A stretch of DNA of 64,000 nt from assembly GCF_004010195.1 (NCBI RefSeq), contig NC_057749.1, positions 16,246,524-16,310,523 of the forward strand, given 5' to 3'. Below are positions 1-10,659 of the stretch, piece after piece. Position numbers and translations under genes: made by a program. Each line of letters begins with the position of its first letter. Position 1 is the first letter of the stretch. This DNA comes from Chiloscyllium plagiosum. Lineage: Eukaryota. The notes beneath the pieces were generated by a model. That model did no database searches. It was not told the DNA's origin and saw only the letters and a program-made list of their open reading frames with translations.

Positions 1-206
1 TCCCTGCCCCTCCCCCCCACATACCCCCAAACACCTCACCATGCCCCTCCCGCCCACACCCCCAAACACCTCCCGCCTTTCCCCAGATCCCCTAATCACA
101 CCATCCACTCCGGGGTGGGCGGGGGAGATGGTGTGTGACTGAGATGTGCTTGAGTTGGAAACACAGTGGAAATATCAAATACTTGGGGCATGGGATTTAT
201 GTGAGA

Positions 207-270
207 TAGGGAATTGAACCCAGGTCTCTGGCGCTGTGAGGCAGCAGTGCTAACCACTGTGCCACCGTGC
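207..270 (-). mobile_element. HE1-type tRNA-derived SINE head fragment (adjacent CR1 3' end at about 290-530)
   Basis: Minus strand reads CACGGTGGCACAGTGGTTAGCACTGCTGCCTCACAGCGCC...GGTTCAATTCC (A/B boxes). Confidence 0.8.
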
Positions 271-516
271 ACAGTGGTTTATGAGAGGTTTGTAAAGCAA
301 GTTTGTGTTTTACAAGGGGGGTGGTAGGTGTCTGGAACACATCTGCCAGGGGAGGTGGTAGAAGCAGAGACAACAGCAACATTTAAGAGGCATTTAGACA
401 GACACATGAACCAGCAGGGAATAGAGGGATATACCCCACGTGCAGGCAGATGGGATTAGTTTAGAATGGCATCGTGGTTGGTGCTGACCAGGTGGGCTGA
501 AGGGCCTGTTCCTGAG

Positions 517-653
517 TACTGTTCTCTGTTCTATATATTTTTAGAAAGTCTGCATTTATATATCACTGCCTCACCAACCTTCCCTACTGTTCTCTGTTCT
601 ATATGTTTTTAGAAAGTCTGCATTTATATATCACTGCCTCACCCAACCTTCCC
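517..653 (+). repeat. 68-bp tandem duplication
   Basis: TACTGTTCTCTGTTCTATA...CAACCTTCCC repeated at 517-584 and 585-653. Confidence 0.9.
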
Positions 654-1050
654 ATTGAGACCAACAACCACCTCGAAGCTCCCTCCTTACTCAGCCACAC
701 GTGAAAGCCAACACCTTTTTCACCATAACCACTGAGTGGATCATATTCAACATCATAAAGTACAATAAATAAGGTGGTTTGCAGCAATGTTCCCCACACT
801 GAGGGGCAGTTTGAACACCAACACTTTCATATGAGAAACTAGTGATACTGACACAAACACAGCTTCAAGACGGAGCTTGGTCAACGCACAATGGGGTGGG
901 AAGGATCTGTGAGAGGACAGGTTTACTTGGGAAGATGCAGATTGTGGAGACAGTGTCAGTGTGGGTCTGAGAGATCATTGAGACAGAGTTAGCAAGGTCC
1001 AGAGATGTAAAGGGCATCGAGAAGGGAGAACAAAATACACAGCCACTCAC

Positions 1051-1142
1051 GGTAAATTGACTACCATCTCCAGACCCATGAGGAGGATATCGCTCTGGGA
1101 TATTCCTGGCCTGAGATCTAGCTCCTTGACAATGCATTTTCG
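1051..1142 (-). CDS. STRC: Stereocilin exon 17 (RKCIVKELDLRPG...EMVVNLP); gene continues beyond window start
   Basis: tttccag acceptor, CC|gtgag donor, 92 nt, phase 0-2; similar to human RACIWAEL...LLLDLP. Confidence 0.85.
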
Positions 1143-2573
1143 CTGGAAAGGTAAAGCATAACGATAAGCCATTTGGTTAGAAAGAGACACAACAAGGAAA
1201 GAGAGATTATCAGAAATTCCTGGAGGGAGACAGGGAGGAAGTAACCAGGACCTGCATCAAATTGCTGGGCTGCCCTTTACAAGCCCCTCCTGAAGATGAC
1301 GGCCACTGGCTTCGTACCCCCAGGTCTGAGGGGGTAACACCTCTGCCTCGAACCCCAGAGACTGGGGTTAAATTCTCCCTTTAAAGCTCCAAGTGTCACA
1401 TACGGACTAATCCTCCAGCACAGGCGAGAGAGTGCTGCACTCTCAGACGTGAGACTTGAAACCAAGTGCCTTGTCAGACCATTCAGCGTCTGCTCTCCCA
1501 CAGCCCAGCAATCCAATAATGAACCAATTTCACTCAGAAATTAATTATTGAATTAGTTTCCACCATCCCTTCAGGCAGCACGATCCAAATCAGAACATTG
1601 AAGCAACTTAGCACCCTGCTGTTTTATTTCTGACAATGATCTGAAATCTCTGAGTCTCTCTGGTTACTGGAAGCAATTTGCCCTTATCAAGTCCATTAAA
1701 CTCCTTATGTAATTTGATTTATAAATAAGTTTTTTCAACACCTTAAAAACCTCCTGTTCCAAGGAGAACAGGCCCTGTGTCTCCATCCTGTTAGGATTTG
1801 GAATACTGAGTACAGTTTTTGTTTTGATGGTTAAGGAAGGATGTATTTGCACTGGAGGGAGTGCAGCGGGATTGGTCTCTGGGAGAAATGCGCATTATAT
1901 TGGGCTGATATTGTCTGGAATCGAGAAGAATGAGAGGGAATCTCACTGAACTATAAAATATTCCGAAAGGGGTAGATGCTGAGAGATCAGTTCCATTGGC
2001 CGGGGAACCGAAAACACAGTCTCATGATGAGAAGCAAATCATTCAGAACTGAGAATGAGGAGGAACTTCTTCACACAGACAATTACAAATCCTTGGCAGT
2101 ATCTACCCCAGACGGCTGTGGCTGCTCCGTCGGTGAAGATATTTGAGGCTGAGACAAAGGGATTTTTGGTCTCTCAGGGTATCGAAGAAAGTGGGGAGTG
2201 GGCAGGAAAGTGGGGGTGAAGCTCAGGATTATCCCCGGTCGTACAAAATGATGGAGCAGACTCGATGGGCCGAATGGTCTATTCATGTTTCCATTACATG
2301 TAAATTTACATGAGGGTAGCTCTTTCCTGAAGAGCAGTCCTTTCCAATCATGCAGGAGCCCATGAGATCTAAACTGGACAAAACAGCCAGGGAGTAAACA
2401 CACAACTGTCTTCACTTTAACCAGAAATGCCTCAAAGGGCAAAAGCTGAGGTACCCACGATGGGCTGGTCTAATTACTCAGTGAACCGATAGGAAGAGCT
2501 GATTGCTTATATATCAGGATGGTAACATGACTGGATATCATCAGAACACATGAAGCAGAGGTTTTAATCGTAC

Positions 2574-2697
2574 CAGAGATTGTCTGATTCCACCAGGCAG
2601 CTCACTGAGAAAACGGATCAGCTCCAGAAACGCCAAATCTGCTGTTTGCTCTCGGAGAGTAGCACAATCTGCACCCCAGGCCACATTTCCCAAAGAG
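2574..2697 (-). CDS. STRC: Stereocilin exon 16 (SLGNVAWGADCATL...FLELIRFLSELPGGIRQSL)
   Basis: ttctcag acceptor, CTG|gtacg donor, 124 nt, phase 2-0. Confidence 0.9.
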
Positions 2698-3153
2698 CTG
2701 AGAATGAGGAAGAGAAGGCAGCATTAGGGTAGGGTCTCAAGTCCTGTTCATCACCTTCCCAGCAACACTGAGCACAGCTGGAGACAGCTTTTCTGTGGCG
2801 GGGCTTAATCCCTCACCCTGTCCTGAAGGCAACAAGTGGATCACTCAGGAGCAGTTGAGTTGAGAGTTCAAGTCTGCCTCTGTGGAGACATTCTAATGTG
2901 ACCACGAGTGTACTGCACTATCAGAGGAACAGTTTCCATGTGGCATTATAAAGCTGCTCCGTTAGAGCAAAATGTACCCTCTCTGAACCCACAATCCTGG
3001 CTAATGTGAGACAGGGCAAGGTCTCAGCAATTGACCAGTCATAACTGATCATAACTGCAACCTCTAAGGCCGAGGGGCCTGTACTGCGCTGTAACATTCT
3101 ATGTTCTATAACATAAATCCTTCTTACAAACACTCACAGCCAGTTATACTCAC

Positions 3154-3212
3154 TGAAAGGAATACTCAGTTATGTTTGAAGCTGCTTGAATCTTTTTGAA
3201 AATAAATTGAGC
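3154..3212 (-). CDS. STRC: Stereocilin exon 15 (AQFIFKKIQAASNITEYSFH)
   Basis: attccag acceptor, CA|gtgag donor, 59 nt, phase 0-2; similar to human AQFLWKKMQVPTNLT. Confidence 0.88.
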
Positions 3213-3786
3213 CTGGAATAAAGGAAAATATTATAGGTGCTTATTCTGAACAGCAACTTAACACAGTTCATGTCCAATAACCACAGGACACATTAGAGAC
3301 ACTGAGCACCCATCCAAAAAAAAGTGAATCACTCAGGAAAGGTTAATAAAAAACAGGTTTAAAAACCTGGGTTAATGAGGGAAAAGGTTTGCAAATTTCC
3401 TCTCCATCCTTCTAATGCAAATGAGATTCGGAAACCATCTTTGTTCCACTCTAATAACCGTCTTTGAGAGGTGGGATAACTCGCCGAGGGCCACACATTC
3501 ACCATCTCATGTGACTTTGGAAAGAGAATAGAGGAATGAGGAAAGAAACAGACAGGAGGAAAAGAAGGATTAAGATCCAATTACAAACATCTCCTTGAGT
3601 TCTCTGCCTGAAGCAGGTTCCAAATCCAACCCAGACTGGAACTGGGGATCGAACACCATGTTATTGGCACCAATTAGATTCACACCAGACATCCAGCTAA
3701 CTGAACTAACCAAGGAGCTGGAATTGCTGAGGCAGTACACATTGGTAATGGTAGACGCTCCAATGTTTCTTCCTAATCTCATAGCA

Positions 3787-4094
3787 TCCCTACAGTGTGG
3801 AAACAGGCCATTCTTCCCAACAAGTATCCCACCCAGACCCATTCCCCTACCCCATTACTCTACATTTCCCATGACTAATGTAACTAACCTACACACCCCT
3901 GAACACTATGGGCAACTTAGCATGGCCAATTCACCCTAACCTCCACATCTTTGGACTGAGGGAGGAAACCAGAGCAAACTCACGCAGACATGGGGAGAAC
4001 ATCCAAACTCCACACATACAGTCGCCCAAGGGTGGAATTGAACCTGGGACCCTGGCGCTGTGAGGCAGCAGTGCTAACCACTGAGCCACCGTGT
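3787..4094 (-). mobile_element. HE1-type SINE, near full length
   Basis: tRNA head, GTGTGGAGTTTG body, CR1-like tail GGCCTGTTTCCACACTGTAGGGA. Confidence 0.85.
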
Positions 4095-4809
4095 CCACCC
4101 AGGAACCTCTCCCATTCTTACTGTCTACCATTGGTGTGCTTTGGAAGGATTTACAATTTGACCCTCAACTTGCCTGACTGGTATGAACTTAGCCGTGAAG
4201 TGCTGGATTGGAACTTGAACCCAGAGCTTCTGGCTTAGAAGCAGGGATGCTATCCACTGTATGACCTGACGTCCTTAAAAGATAGACATGTTGTAATAAT
4301 GCAGGAAATCCAACTGGAAAAACACTATGTTTATTGTTAAACACCAAAATAGGGCCATACACAAGACGTAGGTAACTTAGCCCCAGCCTCAGGCAGACAG
4401 TTCTGCAGACTATCCCTGGGTTGGCTTTATTCTTTTTTTAATTTCACCTATTTTTCTAATCAACCTGTTCAGACATTTTATTACACACCTCTGGAACAGG
4501 TTGGACTTGAATGTGGGTCTCCGGGTTCAGAGGTAGGGACACTACCACGGCACCACAAGAGCTCAGGTGTGGAGTTCCAGCCAGACAGACCATTGCCTGT
4601 TACCATGGGAACTCCAACTCGACCAGCTCCACAGGGAGATTAATCCATGATGCCCCATGAACATTGTCAGGGTTATCACAAATACCATTAGTCTTCTGCT
4701 GACCCACATCATTGAATGAAATAAACAGAGAGAGCTGGGTTTATCAAGAGATCTCTGGCACTCTGTAAGAGGAGGAGAATGGTGTTCTGGAGCTCCCACT
4801 CGTACTGAC

Positions 4810-4953
4810 CTGCTGTGGTGACCATGCCCAGTTCTTAAAGAGGCTGAGGTTTCTCAGGAAAGATTCAGAATCAAACACCAGGTCTTTCAATGGGATAAAT
4901 GGAACCAGACAGCCAAACTGGGCCAGCTTGCTCCCATCATCCCTGTTCACAGT
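4810..4953 (-). CDS. STRC: Stereocilin exon 14 (TVNRDDGSKLAQFGCLVPFIPLKDL...WAWSPQQ)
   Basis: ttcccag acceptor, CAG|gtcag donor, 144 nt; similar to human CLLPLLPLKLL...WSEQQ. Confidence 0.9.
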
Positions 4954-5836
4954 CTGGGAAAAAAACACCAACATTTTTGTTAAAGAAGCAAAAGAAGTTT
5001 TGTTAACTGCTGCTGTTAATACAGTCAGCAAACCTGCAGTGTGAGGCACTCCAGAACCATGTACCTTCAGCATTCCCTCCTCCTTCCCTTTCCCCTCATA
5101 TCTTTCCCTGCAGTTCTCATGGTCTCTTACCATCTGCTAAGCTATGGCTTTTCATGCTGGGAAGGCACAGAGAAAGGTGAAGAGAGAGAGTGAGAACAAG
5201 TGTGCACAATGGAGTCAGAGCTATTCCAACAGGCACAGGAGCACTGAAAGCCCTATATTAGTGGACAGCTTGTTCCCTCACCAGTGTGTGTTCATATGAT
5301 GTGAAACTTTGTTCAATTAATGTTTGCTACTGTTAATTTTGAAATGTGTTCTGACTGCTGAGAGACTGAACATAACAGAAATATATATTTATTATTAAAA
5401 GTGTAAGACATTTGGTTCAATAACTGACAAAGTGTAAATGAAGCAAAACAAACAAAGGTTAATTCAAAAGGGAATTTTTGGAGAACCTGTGTCATTTTCA
5501 AGTAACATGGGGACTTTTGGGTAAAAATCCCAAAAGTAGAATAAAAATTCTTGGTAACATTAATTTAGAGTTGGATAGTCGTTCAGTTTATTTCAATCTG
5601 ATCTGAAGCTTGGGTCTTCACTTTGGAAAAAAGGTCAATAAAGTAAAGCACTTACTGTCACTTTAATAAAATTACATTGGAGAATGACGATTATTTTTAA
5701 AAATCTCTTGATACAGTAAGAGACACAAATAGAAAGACATGCGCAGACGGGTACAGAGGGAGATGGGGACAGAGCAATGTATAACACATCATAATCCTTC
5801 AAATTCAACAATCCAAATAGAGTGCAACCTAATGAT

Positions 5837-6765
5837 GTTGTAGTACTGTCAGGACTAATGCCCGAGATACACCAGTTCAAATCCCACCATGGCAATTCTT
5901 AAATTCAAATGACTATTACATCTGGAAAACGTGCTAGTCTCATTAACAATGATTATGAAACTACATGATTATTGGAAACACTCACCCAGTTCACTAATGT
6001 CCTCAAAGGAAGTAAATCTGCTGTCCTTACTATGTCAAGCCTATATGTGACTCCAGATCCACAGCAATGTGGTGGACTCTGAAATGGCTGAGCAAGGAGC
6101 TTGGTGTCATCAGGACTGAGGGTGCTCTTACACCACACGGACCGGAACCGTACAAGGCAGCAGTTCACCACCACATTCTCCAGGGCAGTTATGGGATGGG
6201 AATTAAGTGCTGGCCCAGTGATGCCCACATCCCCATGAGTGAATAAAAATAAATCAGAGTCAAAAGGTCTGATGCTGGAGAAGCACAGCTGCTCAGGCAG
6301 CATCCGAGGAGCAGGAGATTCGACGTTTCGAGCACAAGCCCTTCAACAGACATAAATCAGTGTTGGGGTTCTCAGATTGTATGTGAGTTTCTGCTCCTCA
6401 TTCATGTCAATTCTTTACCAGAGGCAGTGGCAGAGAGGTAATGTCACCAGGCTAATAACTGAGAATGCAGTCTAATGTTCTGGGGCAAGGGTTCGAATCC
6501 CATCGTGACAAAGGGTGAAATTTGAAAGCAATAAAAATCTGAAATAAATAGCAACCAAGTGGCCATTGTTGGGAAACCCCATCTGGATCACCAACATCTT
6601 TTAGGGAAGGAAATCTGTCATCCTTACCTGGTCTGGCCTACATGTGACTCCAGACCCACAGCAAAGTGGTTGACTCTTAACTGCCCTCTGGGCAATTGGA
6701 GATGGGCAATAAATACTGGCCCAGCCAGGGATGCCCTCATCCCGTGAACAAATAAAGAAAAAAAA
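5837..6765 (+). mobile_element. Two copies of a second tRNA-related SINE family (about 5837-6252 and 6423-6765); another copy on the minus strand at about 26295-26470
   Basis: Shared GTTC(A/G)AATCCCA B-box and AAATCTG..GTGACTCCAGA.CCACAGCAA body; A-rich tails. Confidence 0.7.
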
Positions 6766-7048
6766 TGGAAAGAGGTCCGGCCCCATTCATTATCATCCTG
6801 CTCCCTCACCTTGACCAGAGACAAAGAAACTGCAGATGCTGGAATCCAAAAAAGACAGGCAGGAGGCTGGAAGAACACAGCAAGCCAGGCAGCATCAGGA
6901 AGTGGAGAAGTCGATGTTTCGGGTGTAACCCTTCTTCAGGACTACAGGTGGGTGTAAAGGGAGCTGCAGATAAAGGCGGTGGCAGGGGCAGGGTGGTGAG
7001 GTGGGGATAGGTGAATGAAACAGAGTCAGACAAAGAGCTGGCACCTAC

Positions 7049-7216
7049 CCGCACAGCTTCCAGTATGACAGCTTTCTGAGTCGCAGTCAGCTGGGACAGG
7101 AACGGGGTGAAACACGGACACGCACTGGCTACAACGGAGGCTGAAATATTTCTCAGCACCGAGGGACTGAAGCCAGGCAGAAAATGAGCAAACTGGCAAA
7201 TTATATCCACAGTCAC
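7049..7216 (-). CDS. STRC: Stereocilin exon 13 (VTVDIICQFAHFLPGFSPSVL...ACPCFTPFLSQLTATQKAVILEAVR)
   Basis: ttctag acceptor, CGG|gtagg donor, 168 nt; similar to human LCSLHLLLPGLSP...ACSCLAPELSRLSACQ. Confidence 0.92.
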
Positions 7217-7272
7217 CTAGAAATATACAAGAAGCAGTTCTTGTGAAATAATGACACATATGTTATAACACA

Positions 7273-7500
7273 AGGTTTGTGAAGGTTTGTAGCTCAGGTT
7301 GAGGTTTAGGGTGTAGGTTTGCTCGCTGAGCTGTAGGTTTGATATCCAGACGTTTCATTACTTGGCTCGGTAACATCATCAGCGGCGACCTCCAAGTGAA
7401 GCGAAGCTGGTGTCTCCTGTTTTCTATCTATTTAGATATAAATAGAAAGCAGGAGACAACAGCTTCACTTCACTTGGAGGTTGCCACTGATTATGTTATA
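7273..7500. mobile_element. Third fold-back, probably Penelope-derived family (related copy at about 48880-49020)
   Basis: GGTTTGCTCGCTGAGCTG head; CCTCCAAGTGAAG / CTTCACTTGGAGG inverted arms. Confidence 0.65.
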
Positions 7501-7874
7501 AGTGTAAAGCTAAAATACATTATCCATCATTGCACATTGGTCATATTTTGAGAGGATCTCTTCATATAAATTCTTTCTATTTTTATTGTGGGAATTCCAT
7601 GTAAACTATGTATTTACAACTTGCATTCTGTGTTGGCACTGACAGAACCTCTGAGAACTCCTTTTCCACAACTGTTGTTAGTTTGCCTACTTAACCAGAA
7701 ATAACAAAATCAACACATAACCAATTTATTAATCAGACAAACTGAACAGCCATAATTTCATTACCCTGGAAGTGTTTGATAGGGGACAGAGAGAATTTTA
7801 CTCTGTATCTAACTCTGTGCTGTCCCTGTCCTGAGAGTGATGGAATTTGATGGAAAGTTGAAACGGATACTTAC

Positions 7875-7913
7875 ATTAATATTCTGGATAATCTCAGTCA
7901 CAAGTTGATGAAC
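7875..7913 (-). CDS. STRC: Stereocilin exon 12, 39 nt (VHQLVTEIIQNIN)
   Basis: tttaaag acceptor, AAT|gtaagt donor, phase 0-0; same size and position as the recalled 13-codon human exon, but little residue similarity. Confidence 0.75.
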
Positions 7914-8199
7914 CTTTAAAGGGTTAACAAAAAACATTAATATCTGTGTTACTAACAGTCCATTATACTTCTCATTTCTCAGTTAGCATTTAGCTGTTAA
8001 TCATGTCACATTTTCCTCTGCTCCCCTCTCTCCCCTCCGAAGGAACTGACTGTTACTGGAGATAATTGTACTCTCACTGTAGACCCTTGCTCCACTTGGC
8101 TTCTGTTACTGTAAAGGCTGGATTGTAATTGCTGTAACCCCTTTCACCACTAGAGGAGCTCTACATCTGGGCACACACTGACCTACACAATATCTCATG

Positions 8200-8410
8200 C
8201 CTCCCTCCACACGCACACACTCACATACCCCTACCCCCAACACATGCACCCACCCCCACACACTCACCCCCACTCCCACACCCCCAAACACACCCCCCAC
8301 ACAAGCACATACACACTCCCACCCCACATATTCTCCCACCCCTCTACACACTCCCACACCACACACACACCACAAACTCTCCCATACCACACACGCACAC
8401 ACACAGCAAA
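8200..8410 (+). repeat. CA/C-rich low-complexity tract (similar tracts at 1-110 and 55120-55360)
   Basis: Degenerate (CA)n/(C)n composition. Confidence 0.85.
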
Positions 8411-8881
8411 CAATCATGTCATTCAGGAGAAGGAACTACTGCCTCTCTTGATAAGGAACCTGAGTAATTGTTTGATAGGAAGTGATCTCTGTACAAAGTG
8501 GCACCCTCCCCTCAGTGTGGAAGAACATGGGCTCAGGTTTCAATTCAGATCCATGATGATGCAGAGTGACACTCCTGGTGCTGTCTTTCAGGATGATACA
8601 ATGACAACATGATGGCCCAGAGCTGGGTGACTCTATAGCAGGGCTCTGACTCACCTCTTAGGGGATGGAATAGAATCAATGGCACTGTCTTGAACAAGGG
8701 CAACATTCCGACCCATGTTATTCCACAACATACTGTGGGATCTTGCTGTGCACAAATACATTCCCATCTCTCCTGGTAGTGACCAATGATTGGTCGTATT
8801 CCTTCCTCCCTTCCACTGCCATGTGCTGCCATTTCCCTCTGCTCCACCCTCTGCTCCTAGCTACATGGTACAGGAACCTAC

Positions 8882-9064
8882 CTGGGCTCTGGAGAATGGC
8901 ACGGACCCAATACTGGAGATGATGATTGACCTTTGATGAGCTGGCAGCGTTCTCAGGAAGCTGACCCCGAGCACTGGCAGGAGGCTGCCAAGCTGCTGGA
9001 AATCCCACTGGGTCACAGTGCTCATGTTCTGTCTCCGCAGGTGAGTTGCTAAAAGCAGTGCAAC
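8882..9064 (-). CDS. STRC: Stereocilin exon 11 (VALLLATHLRR...LGVSFLRTL...FSRAQ)
   Basis: gatcag acceptor, CAG|gtagg donor, 183 nt, phase 0-0. Confidence 0.9.
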
Positions 9065-9164
9065 CTGATCACAAAATATGGACAAATCGGGAAAGAAAGG
9101 CTATTCAGTCCATCATGTTACTGCATGCAGATTGCGATGCCTCACTGCCTCCCTTCAGTACATG

Positions 9165-9360
9165 ATGTGGAGGGGCCGGTATTGGACTGGGGGGGGCAAA
9201 GCTAAAAATCATACAACACCAGGTTATAGTCCAACAGGATTATTTGGAAACAGTAGCTTTCAGAGCACTGCAGCTTAATCATGTATCTGTGAGTGACGCT
9301 CCGAAAGCTAGTGCTTCCAAATAAACCTGTTGTATTATAACCTGGTGTTGTGTGATTTCT
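9165..9360. mobile_element. Second fold-back, probably Penelope-derived family (copy also at 55924-56123)
   Basis: CAACACCAGGTTATAGTCCAACAGG ... CCTGTTGTATTATAACCTGGTGTTG inverted arms. Confidence 0.7.
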
Positions 9361-9643
9361 ACCTTCATTGCAGATAGCACCACACAGCTAGCTGCTTTTA
9401 AATGTCTTTATTCATATATCTCCATTGAGGGTGTACAAAGGCTTTTAACACATTTGACCCTCCGAGATCTGCATTCGAATTCTCTTGTTGACTATTCCCG
9501 AGGGTTTGCACAATGGAAGTAGTTTGGGACATGGGGAGGTTGCAGGGATGAGGACCAGCCGTGTTATAGCAGAAGCTCCTGAGAAGGAGGCCACTTAGCT
9601 CGCTCTGAACACATTCTTCATTCATTAAAGATTAGATAACTTT

Positions 9644-9955
9644 TTAGATTAGATTACATTACAGTGTGGAAACAGGCCCTTCGGCCCAACAAGTCCACAC
9701 CGACCCGCCGAAGCGCAACCCACCCACACTCCTACATTTACCCCTTACCTAACACTACGGGAAATTTAGCATGGCCAATTCACCTGACCCTGCACATCTT
9801 TGGACTGTGGGAGGAAACCGGAGCACCCGGAGGAAACCCACGCAGACACGGGGAGAACGTGCAAACTCCACACAGTCAGTCGCCTGAGGCGGGAATTGAA
9901 CCCGGGTCTCAGGCGCTGTGAGGCAGCAGTGCTAACCACTGTGCCACCGTGCCGC
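9644..9955 (-). mobile_element. HE1-type SINE, young full-length copy with (TAATC)n tail
   Basis: CpG-rich copy with A/B boxes and a ttagattagatt terminal repeat. Confidence 0.9.
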
Positions 9956-10659
9956 CTATTAAGGTCACAGATCCACAGTTGATCTGCATCTCAACCCTAT
10001 TACATGGCATAATGCTGGGTATGGTCAACTTCTTATTTCCTACAATCATTCTACACTCTTTAAACTTAATTGCATGCTTTTAAAAATTACTAATAACTCT
10101 GTTTTATCTAAACTCACAGGTTTGAAACACCTCCGATCCTCAAAACTAGCTTAGAATACTGAATGGACTCACAAACTCTTAACATTCGCCTGTCCCTGTG
10201 TTTTTGTCTTTGCCGCTGTTTACCTATTATTTACTGTCTACACTACCTAACTCTGTGATCTGCCTGTATTGCTCGCAAGACAAAGCTTTTCATTGTGCCT
10301 CGGTACACGTGACAATAAATTCAACTCAATTCAACTAAAGAAAACTACCTCCATTTTGAAACTTTTAATTGACCCTAACCTCAACGCATGACTCAGTGAG
10401 AAAGAGAGAGAGCTCCAGATTTCCAGTCCCCTTCATTGGCTTCCTGACATCGCTCCGAGATGATCCAGCTCTAAATGTGAGGTTACACTGCACTTTTTCC
10501 AGACTATCCCTCCCAAAGGGGACAGTTTCCATTGAGTTTGCGTTTGGAGTGAGGGGGAATGAGAAGAAAGGTCCCAGTGACGATAGTTTGAGTCTCAAAA
10601 GCATGTAGAGCGAGGATGAAACCAGCAACAATTTTTAACTCAATCGTCCGTTTATTTGC

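Noticed and set aside
2308-2373. Possible STRC exon after a tgtccag acceptor
   Set aside because: Weak donor and no match to stereocilin; exons 16 and 17 join directly in phase 0.
8106-8612. His/Thr/Pro-rich and Val/Gly/Cys-rich ORFs
   Set aside because: Translations of a CA-rich low-complexity tract.
9880-9955. tRNA-like A/B box sequence
   Set aside because: It is the head of an HE1-type SINE, repeated several times in the window, not a tRNA gene.
10365-10631. Overlapping ORFs on both strands in STRC intron 10
   Set aside because: No motif, no convincing splice sites, and not needed for the STRC frame.
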